Assembly (NCBI GenBank): GCA_030324005.1
Contig: JARDVH010000073.1
Span: 38,728,593 to 38,792,592, forward strand
DNA length: 64,000 bases
Direction of reading: 5' to 3'
Origin: Negaprion brevirostris
Taxonomy: Eukaryota
Positions 1 through 13,549 of this stretch are shown in pieces. The notes under the pieces are model-generated. The model saw nothing but the letters and a program-made list of their open reading frames with translations, had not been told where the DNA came from and made no database searches. The position numbers and the translations under genes are program-made. Every line of letters begins with the position of its first letter. The first letter of the stretch is position 1.

Positions 1-68
1 GAGATGGCTCACCCTCTAATGAAACCAGGTTGCCTGCACATTATTCACAATGAAATTTAACTAACAGG

Positions 69-130
69 CCAATGACTGGCTCAAACTGACTGCACCTAGA
101 CTTCCTTAACAAGGCAGTGCTGTATATAAG
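69..130 (+). promoter_or_regulatory. Putative CCAAT and TATA promoter of the Harbinger Myb-like gene
   Basis: CCAAT at 69-73 and TATATAA at 123-129, about 37 nt upstream of the ATG at 166. Confidence 0.3.
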
Positions 131-165
131 CTGTAATGATGGACAGAGGCAGTCATGCCAGGAAG

Positions 166-1780
166 ATGGCAACCAAGAGAAGTGGCTCCAGATTTTTGGC
201 ATGTGAGCAGGTCAACCTGCTGGATGCAATGGAGGAGAGGTGCCAGCGGCTTTACTCCACTCAAGGCCATCACCCATGGGATTGCGTAGCTAGTGCGATA
301 TGAGCTGCGTGCCCTGGAGCTGGCAGGGGGGACAAGCCGAGATTGGTCACTGACAGCCAAGTCAGCATCCAGCATGCAAGTAAGCATAAGCTGATTCCTA
401 TTCTTAATTAAGATCTTCTTTAAAGTAAGTGACTTGCTACTCAAGCCGTTTTCCCTCCTTTCCACTGACGTGTGTCCTTTCTTACAGTGCTAGATCCTGA
501 TGCATCAGGCCCTTCGGGTGACGTCCTCCCCGCTGCTCCTGAAGAAACTCCCCTGGACACCTTGGACGACACCTCAGGGGAAGGCCCTGAAGAATCCTCC
601 GAGGACAGCACCAGTGATTCGGCTCAGGCCTCAACCATACAACCCTCCAATATACAGACTATCATGATGGTGGGTCATGTTGATTGTTGAGGTTTTTGAG
701 TCACTTACGAGTGAGTCCATCTTAGCCACTGATGCTCATCAGGTGGAGATGGGCAAATCCGAGGGCTCAGGCATGCACAAGTCTGCCAGAGGTAAGGATT
801 CAGCTGGTTCCAAGACAGATGCCAGGCCTCAGTGTCGTTCATCCTGAAGCTGATGGAGATGCATCAGCAAACCTGGGGAATTGTGGATGGGTTGGCAACA
901 ATCTTGCTACAACTGCAAGAGAGTCAAGCAGAGTGCTATCGCAGGAAATGGTGCCAGCACAGCATGGTAACCAGGCCAACACTGAAAGGGTGGCATCCAC
1001 ACTGTAAAGTCTGGCACAGGGATTTGGCCTCATGGGTGACAGGGTGCAGGGCATCCTGGGGACACAGTGGGTCATGGCAGAGATACAGCTGGCCACAGCG
1101 GACGGTGTCACTGGCATCCTGGAGGCACATCAGGCATGGCTACTGTTGTCAGGGGCAAGTTGGAGACACTGGCCATGGCTGGGGCTCTTGCTGGGATTCG
1201 GGAGACAGAGCAGGCCTTGGGTGTGGGCCTTAACAACTTAATCCAGGGCTAATGCAGAGGGGCTCCCGAGCTTAGCACTGTCTCAGAGGGATCACAGACC
1301 ATNNNNNNNNNNNNNNNNNNNNNNNNNNNNNNNNNNNNNNNNNNNNNNNNNNNNNNNNNNNNNNNNNNNNNNNNNNNNNNNNNNNNNNNNNNNNNNNNNN
1401 NNAGATGGGCCTCCAGGACAGGCAGAGCCAGGTGACATTGGATTTTCTGGAGCTCATTCCAGCTAACCTGGCATTCCATTGAATGTCTCCGAGGCCTATG
1501 GGCACCCCGAGGGAGGTGAAGGGTTGGAGTCCATGCCAGGGCCTTCCTCCCAGGAGACTCTGGACATCCCAACACCTTCTGATTCCCTCCTTCCTCACAC
1601 TGGGGCATTTCGGGGCCAGCTGGATGAACAGGGTGGCACAGAAACATCAGTGTCAGCTGCAAGTCAGCTGGGCCCTCAAGGGGGCATCTGCCAAGGGCAT
1701 CACAGGCAAAGGGGTGCAGATTTCAGTTAGGCATGATCCTGGAAGGGGCAGGGTGGCGAGAGGGGGTGGGGTAACAGAAT
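166..1780 (+). pseudogene. Decayed Myb/SANT-like DNA-binding gene of a PIF/Harbinger transposon
   Basis: ATG at 166 gives MATKRSGSRFLACEQVNLLDAMEER, resembling the N-terminus of Harbinger Myb/SANT proteins (RF..E...LLDAVEER). It is followed by acidic/Ser-rich and coiled-coil-like fragments with stops and frameshifts. Gap at 1303-1402. Confidence 0.65.
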
Positions 1781-1810
1781 AGAATGAGAAAGGGTGGGCG
1801 GGGTGGGGAG

Positions 1811-3080
1811 TCATGTAGATTGAGGGGTCAGCTTTGGACTAGGGGCATGCAGCTCCTGAGGTGTGATGGAAGGGTGTTGGGAGCATCTCCCACACTGCAT
1901 GGCATCAATTATGTGAAATCGACTGTTATTAAGGTCTCCCTTGCTGCCCTGCCGGACCCTTGCCTTTGCCACCTGACCCAGCTCCTCATATGGCAAATCC
2001 TCTATATTTGGCTGGTTTCGATCCTTCTCCAGCTGGTCTCCCTGCTGCTGAGCAATGTTGGGCAGGCTGCAGCAGATTTTAATGATCTGTGAGGTCTGCA
2101 CAAGGTTGTACAGTAGAGCACCCCCCCAGTGGTGCAGGCACCAGAACCGCATTTTCAGTGGGCCTAAGCAATGCTCCACAAATGATCAGGTGGCAGCGTG
2201 GGCCTTACTGTAGTGGGTCCCTGCACTGGCGTCACCAGCCATGACCTTAGGAAGTAGCCCTTGTACTTCACGAGCCTTCCTGGCAGCCTGGGATGGTCTT
2301 CAAAGAGCCTAGGGATGTCCAACTGCCTCAGCACATAGGTGTCGTGGACACTCCCTAGGTGGCGTGCACTGACCTGCATGATGTTCACTGAAAGTCACAT
2401 ACATTTTGAACATTGAATGAGTGAATCCCCTTCCCATTAATGAAAGGTTATCCTTCACTTCGCGGGGACCACAGGGTGAAGTGTGTCCCATCCACTCCCC
2501 CTGGACATGGGGCATCCCAGTGGTGGTGAAGTTTGCAGCCTGGACCTCCTGCTGTGGTTGGCCAACAACAAAATTGATGTTTTGGCTTGTCTGGGCCAAG
2601 GCATCTGTGACCTGGCAAGTGCATCTGTGAATTGAGGCCTGTGAGATTCCACAGATGTCCCCACTGAGTGCTAAAATGATCCTGCTGCGTAAAAGTTGAG
2701 TGCTGCTCTTACCTTAACTTCCAGTAGAAGTTAAGGTGATAGCGGTGTCCTCCCGTCCCGAGATGCCAGGTATGCTTGGAGCTCACACAAGTGCCGGGCC
2801 ATTTCCTTAACAGGCAGAGCCAGCAATGGCACGTGGCCTCCGAAAGGCTCTCAAAGGACCTCCTGGTCCAGTACCACCTAGGCCTCTGCACCCTCCTTCT
2901 CCTGGTCCACCTTTTGAGAGACTGCTCTCCCACTTCATGGGTATCACCTGCAGCCCTCTGCCCTCCTTCCTGAGGGCCTGCCATTGGCTGCTCCTGGAGT
3001 GGCCTACCTACTCCCTCCACCTCCTCCTCCTCAGCCACCACCATGATGGCCAGCTCTGGATCAATAAGACTGAAATCCAT
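1811..3080 (-). pseudogene. Decayed PIF/Harbinger DDE transposase (HARBI1/DDE_Tnp_4-like)
   Basis: Motifs recovered across frames: AALNFYAAGSF, GMPHVQG-VDGTH, FINGKGIHSFNVQ, SARHLGSVHDTYVLR, KGYFLRSWLVTP, VEHCLGPLKMRFWCLHHWGGALLY..IIKICCSLPN. Several frameshifts and stops. Confidence 0.9.
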
Positions 3081-4608
3081 TCTGGATGGTGGGGGTTATA
3101 GAGAGATTGATAGATACATGTCATTGCTTGTAACTATCCCCAGCCCTCCAAAGAACTACATATGCCACTCTTAAGCAATTTCTTAGGTGGTGATTTATAA
3201 ATGATGCTAACAGAGCTCCTAGGAGAAGATTACAGAGCAGCTGTACTTAACTGGGAAATGATATGCGTTGGAGGAGAAATAGCTTGGGACACAGAGAGGT
3301 AACCTAAAATAGGGAAAGAAATAATTCAAACTTTAAAAAGAAACTAGTGAGCAGTACCTTGTTGACATTGCCTAGTAAAATACATTCCTGACATGCAGAA
3401 AGTGAAAATTCGTGCTGTTCACATACATAAACTCTGAAGCTTGATTTATTGTATTTTATTTGTAGTGTTTCAAGGGTGTTGAAAATTGTTTTCAAATCTT
3501 GGATTGGTTTCAAACAAACTTGAAATTGAATCTAAATATATGCCTATGAAAAGAAAATTAAATATTCAAAGCTTTCCTGTCACATAAGACTAGTCAGGAA
3601 AATTCTGTGTGTTAATTATACTAAAACAAAACAAACACAACAAACTCAGGAGCTCGCAGCTGTTACTGAATAAAATACAAAGCTGAATCCTACAACATTC
3701 TAATAAAGCCCATATTCTACTAAACACTGTCAGAAATTTGGAACATTTCAAACTTGCTTTTGTTGAGATAGATCCCACACAGAGATTAACCCAGTACTAA
3801 AAACATACTATAAAATGGACTGATTAACTTAAAAAGGACAAAATTCTATTTCCCCTTGGACCAAAATATGGCTGTTATTTATCATCCTTTCAATAGTAGT
3901 TTTCAAGCTCCCAAGATGGTGAGAATTTGAAGTTGAGACATACCCTATTTTGCACTGTTGTTGTTGTGTGGTCTCTTTCTAACTGCTGCTATCTGTGGAC
4001 TCCACCATATGGGCATGCTGCTTAATTAGTTCATCAGAATGTATATTGACTAACCTATACCCCTATACTCTGTTACCCATCGTTACAGCCCCTCACAGAT
4101 GTTATGATAACCCATGCCTTCCACTCGTGCTGATGGATCTTTATAACCCTAATGGCAACCTAATGTCAACATGCCAACTCATGCCTCCCATCCACCACCC
4201 TTTTCCTTTCATCCCCTCCATGTCAACCCACCTCAGGAACCATGCTGACATCAAGTTGTCTCTATTGATGACTTAATTTATTTTAATAAAATACACTCAT
4301 TGACAAAAAAATCAATACACTGAAATTCCTGAAAATGTATTCTGGAAAAAAAAATTCTATTCTATAGCCACTTGGAGTCAAACTGCTCATTTAACAGGCA
4401 TCCAGTGTATTAATGTTAAATTGTAATATCAGTCCTTTGGCACAAATCCTGTAATGGTAGTCCCCAGGCATATGTCAACAGACAAGGAAGAAATGTCAAG
4501 CACTAGTCCTTTTTTAAATTCAATTTAAAGTTCAGTAAATTTTGTGACAGTACTGACATTTCTCTGACAGCGTGGACAGTTTTAATGAGTTTATTCATTT
4601 TTATTTTT

Positions 4609-4850
4609 ACCCATGAAATGGGAGAGCACTCTCCCGAAAGGGGGGCCAGGAGGAGGAGGATGTGGAGGTCAAGGCAGTACTGGACCAGGAGGTCCTTTGA
4701 GAGCCTTTCAGAGACCATGTGCCATCGCTGGCTCTGCCTGTCTAAGGATACGATCCGGCACTTGTGTGAGGTCTGAGCACACCTGGCATCTCGGGAGGGG
4801 AGGCCACTGCTATCACCTTAGCTTCCAGCAGGCCTCAGTCCACAGATGCG
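4609..4850 (+). mobile_element. Second Harbinger transposase fragment, an inverted diverged copy of about 2724-2942
   Basis: Encodes RRRRMWRSRQYWTRRSFESLSETMCHRWLCL versus RRRRVQRPRWYWTRRSFESLSEATCHCWLCL on the opposite strand at 2709-3080. Confidence 0.85.
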
Positions 4851-7800
4851 TTTGACAAATAACGTTTATTTATTTTTATCCATAATAATGTCCACTTTTA
4901 ACAATCCCAAAAAGCACTTAACCTCTCCCAAGGAGTGCAGTATTTCTCCCAAAGATTGCTTTACCTCTCCCAAAGTCCTGGGACCAAATCTAAAAGGGTA
5001 CCCTAACCTTCTCAAAATGGTATCAGATGAAGCGACAAGGCTCAGACCTGCTCTTACCTGGTTTAAGCTGCACATTTCACATTTCAAGTATCTACCTAAT
5101 AAGAACCACTGGAGGCAGCTGCCTCCTTATATGGGCAGTTGTCTCCATTAACCAGGAATGTGCTGTTTAGAAACCATCCCATTTCCCCCACCCCACCCTC
5201 AATGAAAATGGCAACGGTTGTAATTGGAGGTGAGACATCTGGATTTGGACCTCCACTGACATTTTCGTGCAAATGGAAAAGCTCTCCATCTGTGGGAAAT
5301 GCCAGGCCAAAATGTTCACAGTATGAAATAGATGATTAAAGAAAGTGAAATTCTTACTCTTTGACTAACTTACTGATTCTAATAGAGTGATTTTATTTTA
5401 AAAGTTTGCATCTGGTCTGCTACAGGGAAAATGCAATACACTACAGCAGCAAGGACCCTGTACTCAGAAGGAGGATAACCCATAGTATTTACACATTGCC
5501 ACTTGTACTTCAACCCAGAAATCTGCCCAACAGCTTCATAATCTTTTGCAGTCTTTAAAAGCTTGCACTTAAAAAATAATCCTGATGTGTGAAAATAAAT
5601 AGCAACACAGGCTGAAACATTCCTTTGCTTGCACTGGGGGAAAAAAACATTGGTACAGTAAAGTCTGATAGTGAAATCAAAATATTGAAGGTACAAAACT
5701 GCCAAGCCCCTCCAGAAAATGTGAAATTGCTGCACCAAAAATGAAGGGCCCAAAACTTGTTAGATATCCCATCCACCCAAAATCACAAAATGCTGCTTTC
5801 ATTCTCCAAATCATAACTTATGCACTTTAGTTTTTTTTTGGTTAGCACGCAAAAGGGTTTCAAGAAAAATAGACCGTTTTGGTCAAGGCAGACAATACAT
5901 AATACGTTTGGATGCAACTCCTCTGTTATTTTAATAAAGGTCATTAAACATTTTAAATAGGTTTATTATTCTGTGTTAATAGCAGTTCGGGGAATCCCAC
6001 GACAGTGCATTTAAGTATCAATGATAGTTATTGAAATGTACACCACGTTGATCAACATTTAAATAAGGAGAAAACAGATTAATGGTTGTATGTGACTCTT
6101 CATTCATTATTGTTTTATTTGAATGATATTTTCTCATTCTAGCCACTTCTGAAATGACTTAAAAGTAAGATTTTTAAAAATCTTAAATATTAATCGCATC
6201 CCTGTCTGGGGCTGCAACAGAAATTGAAGAGGTCAGCTGTGATATTGAATCTGTTTTTTTTTAAGTACACGTCGAACGCACTGCCACTTAGGGTTAATGT
6301 AAGGATACGTTGTGACAACTTCAGTTTCCAAATGCATCTAGGGTCAGATTTACGGACTTTGTAAATTTGTACAGCAAGTCCTATAACCACTTATTTTCAT
6401 ATCTTAAACCTGTAACTCTTCTGACAGAAGTTATTTTTGGCTTGAAAAACAAAATTACTGTTGGGTCCAAAATCGTAGAAAATGCAATCAATAAAATATA
6501 AGAATCAAATTTTCTGGAGATACTATTAGAAAACAGTATCTCCTACAGCACTAACCACTGCAGAAAACAGTACTTTAGTCAACATTATTTTTGTTCTGCA
6601 ATATAAGTTGGGTACACCTGCAGCTTTAGTTATGGCAAGCCATGTCTGACTGTACTTGATGTCTAACTTTTCATTTTTATGTATTATAAAGCTAATACTT
6701 AGGGCTGGTTTTTGTTCTGTCAGCTTTTTGAAGTCATTGGTCAGCTTTATTGAATCTCTTGGTTGATGTGTGTGTAATATCATATGTCATATTGCATTTC
6801 CTGCCCTGTTCTCCACAGCTCAGAAAGTAGACTTAGATATGTGGAGAAACAAAAGCTCTTCTATGTTTGCGCACATTTTTTACTCAACTATGCAATAGTC
6901 ACACTAATAATGAGGGTACAAAATCTGGCATTTATTCATTGACAATCACTTAAGTGACAGGAACCAATATATCAAAGTTGCATTTTGAAAGAGCGATTAA
7001 GCTACTTTTTGATGTTTAATGATTTCTGATTTAGCACAATTCTTTTACTTGAAAATTCTCTCTGCAATTACAAGAGTCAACACCGATGAACTCTTAAGCT
7101 AGTTACTACTAGAATTTGAAGTAATATGTTTCAAACTTGCACTGGAGTTAATGTTCCTCAGAAATCAAGGCTTGCATTTATCTAGCCAAAATAGCTTTTT
7201 TTTTCTTTGAATAATACTTTATTAGAAATTGCTAAAGTTTCCTTTTTTGATTCTTTCAGATAGGTTGAAAAGGTGTGACTTAAATATCAAAGAAAACCTA
7301 AAATTCAATATGCAGAATCAGAGCTTGCAAAATCAATGGTTATTAATGGTTGTAGAAAGTAAATTTAAGTTTGCTGCTAGGTTATACATTTGTAGTGAGC
7401 AAACCGCCAATTAAAAATTGCTGTCACATGGCAATCAGTTGATATCAAGGGAGCACCTTTGCGCCCTTGTCCTTCACGGACACAAATTCCCACGAGGGTA
7501 GGAACCTCACAAATACATTTGATTATACCTTAATGTTACTGCCACATGATTCCTGTCACTAAATATTCAAACCTCACTGCAGGCATTTAAAGATGGGATT
7601 CAATTGAGGGGATTCCACCAGGATTGCTAAGTATAGCCCCCAGGGACAGAGGGTCATGCCCTAGTGGTGCCAACCTATGCCAGGTGGTGTGGGGCAGGGC
7701 ATTAGGAAAGGCTGATGCCAAAGAAAGGAGTTAGGGATGGGAGAATTGCTTGTGAAAGAGTGTGGGGGTGGCTGAAAATCTGGTCTGAAAACTCGGCTTT

Positions 7801-8989
7801 GCATCAAGTGAGATACACACCGGTTTTTAGTCAAAGCCTGATGCTCTGACAAATTTTGGGAAGATCCCACCCCAAGACTGGACACCATCAAACGGCATCA
7901 GAGTCCTTTTGTTATGGAAATTATTTTACATTTTCTCCCTCGCTTCTTGTTTAGGTTTGTCCATGCCAAACACAAAACTGTTTAATAAGCTGAACCGTGT
8001 CCCTAGCAGCTTTGCCAGAAGCCGTGTAAGATTTCTAGCTTACAGACTAAGCAGGCAGACTAATTTAGATCATCAAATAAAATTTGTGGAAAGTTGAATC
8101 TAGTATTATCTTCAGTGTAATGATGGTTTTCTTATGAATTTCACTAATTGCCTATTATAACTCTTATAACTTTCTTAAATTTACATTTAATTGAAATGGT
8201 CAGATAGCCAACCAAAAATCATTGTTGAAGCTCACATGTAAGAAGGCCACTCTGTGGCACTCTTGTTACAACTACTTTGTACCACAACCACACAAAATTT
8301 CTGTCTCTGGACTTGTAGGCAAAAGACTGGAAACAGAGACCTTGTCATAAGTGAGCCCAGAACTTCCAATCAGAGTCAGAATCCATGTACCTGATGCAGC
8401 TGAGAGTGAAAACAATCCACTAAACTGCATACATCTACAATGCGAAAGTCCCTTAGCAAAAGAATCCTCAAAGAGAACAGCAAAGAGAATCTGCACAGAA
8501 GCCACATCCTTTTTTACAGCACTAACTGCTGCAATTTTCTAAGTGTTCAAGGTCCCCAAGATTATAAGTGTGTTGGTGAATGAGTGTGTGAGTGAGTTGG
8601 TAAGTGTCTAAGTGAGGGAAGTGAGTAGATTAGTGGGTAGGGTGACAACTGGGAAGGCAGATAGCTCTGAAGATGGAGAAGAATATAAACCAAAGTCTGC
8701 TGAAATTCTGCACCGAAAGGACAGATCCGCATCTCTGTGACTTCCAGGATGAACTAGGTACAGTGGTTGGTGGATGAGNNNNNNNNNNNNNNNNNNNNNN
8801 NNNNNNNNNNNNNNNNNNNNNNNNNNNNNNNNNNNNNNNNATACAAGGAGTGATCAGGGTGGCTCGGCCTGTATTCACTGAAGTTTAGAGGAATGTTGGG
8901 GGAGGGGGTGGTGGTGGGGTGTGTGTGTGTGTTGGTGGTGGTGGTGGTTCCAGGGTACTATTCAGGTTAGATGGTGGAAGGGTCAGTTG

Positions 8990-9263
8990 TATAGTTACCC
9001 AGGAGTTAAATAGGCATTTTTCCATCTAACATTTGCTGGGTAACCAATAAGCAAATTAGAACTATCTAAAATCTCCTACGCTAACTCAGAGTGTGAGACT
9101 GTTTCAAAGGTTCCATAGCAACAGGGGAATTGCCCATTGGAATTTCAAACTTCCTGGACAATTACCTTGGAGTCAATGTGTTGGGACTACCAAGGAGTCC
9201 CAGAATACATCTTCAGGGGTACATTCTGTCTCTGGTGCTCCAGTGACCAAAAGATCTGGGCTG
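8990..9263 (+). repeat. Ancient interspersed repeat, copy A
   Basis: Shares ordered blocks with 17658-17890: ttacccag, ctaacattt, tctcc..ctaactcagag, tttca.agg, gggact.ccaaggagt, catctt, tctg.gc. Confidence 0.55.
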
Positions 9264-12200
9264 CTCATTTTGATACACTTTGTGACACAACGTGTGATCA
9301 AGTACTCCTGCACATTATCTAAATTTTTACCTGCTAAAACTCAAAATCAAATTCACTAAAAATTGGAAGTATATCATGGTAACAGGAAATTTAAACTTGA
9401 ACAGAGCTTTTGGTCACTGAACTTTAAGGAAAAATTTACAATATGCAAAATCCAACAAATCTCCTGTCCTAAAAATTTTTTAAATTGTCTCTCGACAGAA
9501 AATATTATTTCTGTAGCTAACCAAAAGACCTGCTCCCTGCTGGCCCGCTCTGCAGCCATAAAGCACTGCAACAGGCTAAACGGTGCCAGCGTGGGCCTTC
9601 AACTCCTCACTTGGAAGGAGGTCCCTTGTGAGTGATTGGCTAGAAGCTCCATCAGTCACAGCAGCACAGAGGGATTGCATTAGTGAGCACTACTGGGCCT
9701 GCAATGGGGAAGCAGAAGATGACCCAATGGATCTCCAGAAAGTTAAGTCTGCAGTCTTTGTCAGGGATGGTTTGGGTAGATTATGAAGGAGGGTGGAGGT
9801 GATTGGTTTAAGGCAGCAAGCAGGTAGGAATAAAGAGGGAGTTCCATCTTACAGGCCCATCCCAATCTATAAAGGGCAATCCCCGAAGATAGAACCCCCC
9901 CCCCCGCCACTTCTTCCCACCATTTGAACAATTTGTTTTTAAAAATTGTGCTGCCAGCTGTCTTTATGACATGGGCCAATTATCAAGGTTAATTGATTTG
10001 ATAACAATGCTAATTGACCCAAATTATCTATTTAATTACAGTGGGCAGGTTGCTAATTTTGGCACCTGGCAATCTGCATATTAAGAGGGTGAGATTGGGG
10101 CTGGGTGAGAAGTTGGAGTGTGGCATCTGCCCTAGTTTACATGCTCCTTCCTGCTGCCCCCACTCCCCACACCTGGTGAAAACATGCCCACTAGACGCAC
10201 AAAATGCAACCCCTTAAAACATCAGGCAGTCTGAGTCTTATTATCAGCCATAGTTATGTACCAAAATCTGTCTGTCAAGGGCTCCTAAGCGAATACAGGA
10301 TGAGGGGAGGGAGCAGTGTTGTGATGGGGTGGAGGAGAAGCATGAATAAGCACAGTATCTCAGTTAAATTTTCCTTGATACTAAAAATGAAAGGCCATTT
10401 TAACTCATTATAAGCATTTTATTGGCATTAGTACTGTAATCTGAATACCCATTTGAAATATTTTAAAGAGCTTGTGGAATGTGTGTTTGAGTAAATTAGT
10501 GGCATACTTAATGTGGTTTGATATCAAGAATTGCAGAATTAATTTTACACCAATTGTTGATGCAGAAGAATAAACTATTTTTAAACCAATGCCATAATGT
10601 TGGTACAATCTGCTCTACAGCTGCCAGGTGGGACAGTCTGGATAGACTAGTTTATTTTGCAACCAATCTATTAGGCATATTTTCTGTTTACATGTAAAGA
10701 ATATAAAAACAAGTAATTCATTTCAGAGTTTTCATTAAGTTGCTAACATGAGTAAAATGATCTTACCGGTAACAGGCACAGATTCTATTGTAACTTTTTG
10801 TTGTTTAGTGCAGGATCTTTGTGGCATGCAGGATAATGAGATTCAGCTGTAAGAGTTCATGCTATGAGACAGTCCTCTCTTATTTGAAAAACACAATCCT
10901 GTGTAAATCCTACATGTATCATGGTTATTACCTCAACTGCTGAGCAATGCAAACTGTGAAATATGGCATAAGCATCCAAATTTCCACAAATTTACATACC
11001 TCTTGCACTAAATTTAAAAGAACTAGCTCCTAGGGTTTAGGATATATCCACCAACAAGGCAGATTACCAAAAACAAAGCTTTCTGAACTTGGAGTCCTCT
11101 GAAAATGAAATAGAATAATCCAGCGAGTAAGAGATGTTACACAAATATTGAGTTGGCTGGGTTTCGTGGACCAAACACTTAAATTCTCGAGGCTTACAAG
11201 TCACATAAAATGAACTGAATTTATTGAGCCTGGGTAGCAGGAACAGAGGAAGAGATGGCAAAATAATGGGGATTTAGGTAGACCCCCATTACCTAAGGGA
11301 TCCCGCTCCCTCTCACTGTCCTGGTTCTGGAGAGCTTTCCCAGTGGCAGGCAGATGATTTTCCTAATTAAGAGCAGTGGGGTATCTGCACCAGAAGTTTC
11401 GTGGTGCAAAGAAGGTGTGGTGAGCTCAAAAGGCAGCCTTCATCCAACACAGAATTTTCTCTCTGTCCTGTGGGGCTTATCGCCCTCAGCCCTCTTAAAA
11501 TTAATTTTAAGTTTGACTTATCTGCCTAGGCTGCCTCCATTTTAAGGCATCCTTATGGTCTCCAACCTGCCTCAGCAGTACCCACCTTCCCCAGTGGTAC
11601 TGCTGAGGCTTCAGAGTTGTTAGACCTCTGGTTGGGTCAGCAGCATCAGGAGACCACTCACCTGCAGTAAAGCTGCCAAGCTCCCTTAGTGCAGGCTCAG
11701 GGCCTGCTTTTCATGTCAGGGTCCTGAAGCCCAAGGTAAAATTCAGCCAACTGAGGCAAAGGGAATAAGGGATAGAACTGTTTTTAAATCAATGCAACAT
11801 AACCAATACAATCACTTTGGTTACTGCAAACTGCTAATATAACACAAAGTTTATGTAGCTTTCACTTTATTAGAGGGAAGAACCATACAGCGTGCTGGTC
11901 AAACCTCATTTGGAATTGTGCTCAGCATTTGATAGTGCGCCTTAGGAAGGGTACACTGGCATTCAATGAAATCTTTATTGGCAAGGTGTCAGCATGACTC
12001 TTGTCATGATTGCTAGCTTCAATTTAGTTTCAGGGTAAGCATACTGCAAATGCTATGACAACATGTTTTAAATAAGAAACACCAACTTTTTAATATCCTT
12101 CAAATGTTTATGTTACGCAACTCAATGGTCACTTCTGGTACCAACATTTGCAATGCCCCAAACTATCTTTTGACTCTTATTAAAATTGTGATGAGTACAC

Positions 12201-13549
12201 AGCAAAGGTTGCAGCATTTGCAGCACTTCCTGGCTATCCTCAGACTGCATTTTGGATGATTTGCAATTTATGTATAGCAGAATTAAGGCACTGGTCACTG
12301 GCACTGTCAGTGTGGAAAAGTCCAAATGTGAAACGGATTATAACTTTGGAAACACAGAGATAATGGAATGTTAGCAATTTCCTGCTACATGCTCCTAATG
12401 TGTGAGTTCCTTTGCATATATAAAATCATCCTTATTTCTCTAGACTCCATGCTAGGAAATTTTAATTGTTAAGTCAGATTTTGTGCAACTTAGTAGGATA
12501 TTTTCCATTTATTCAGGCAAAACAATGTGTAGAATCCTGGAATGGATATAGCACAGAAGGAGGTCATTTGATCCATCATTTCCAGGCCAGTTCTCTGCAA
12601 GACCAGCTCAGCTATTCCCCAACCTTTCTCCTTCCCTATAATCTTGCAAATTTAAAGGTATACAAACTTTGTTACTGGAGCTTTATTTTATCAACAAAGT
12701 AGACAGTTACATCAATTATATGGTTTAAGATTATAAGTAATTCTGTTATCCTGTCAAATTGGGTAATATTCCTTATCATTGCCCATCAATCCAACTCTTT
12801 CCCTCCTATTCCCTGACCAGTTTTCTTTCTTTGCCATTGCTGCTTCTAATTCTACTTGCCAAAATTTTAACAATCTCTGATCAAATGAGGCATTTGATTG
12901 ATTTCCAATTTCTTCCTGTTTTCCAACAATTGTTTGTGGCTGTTAAATCATTTGTACATAGGAATATTGGACACCATTGGAGTTAGGATCCACATTTGTC
13001 CCCAAAGTTGGGATTCCAACGTGCTCAAAAAATTCAGTCCATTTCCTCTGTTTTGCTCTCCGCCAATGCTGCCTGACTTGCTGAGTTTCTGTTTTTCCTT
13101 TCAGGTTTCCAGCATTCGCAGTATTTTGCTTTTATGTAATATTTGCCAATTCCTCCAAGTGTCAACTTCTATCCCTAAATCCAGTGAGCTTTGAAATCAT
13201 GCATGGACAATTCCTGTGTTAAAACCTATCGATTTTTCTATTTACATTACTCCCTGTAATTTCTGCTTGTGACTAACTTCTAATCTTCCTTTACCTCCTT
13301 CCCTACTGTTTAAACAGAGGTAAAACATTAAGCTGCAAGTTGCATCATGTTATCGTTCTTTATTAACTTCCTACCCAAATTAATGCTGATGGGTTCACTG
13401 ATGTGAACTATTCCATCATATTGCACTCATCACTGATCTGTTCATTTGACTAAACTGTCTATGTCTTCCTGAAGTCTTTCACTGTCCTTCTTGTTTGCCT
13501 ATTTTTGTGTCCTCAGCATTCTTCCCTATCATGTCCCTCTCTGCTCAAA

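Noticed and set aside
4905-4975. SPK-repeat peptide (KHLTSPKECSISPKDCFTSPK)
   Set aside because: A 21-bp degenerate tandem repeat next to a transposon remnant, with no evidence of a gene.
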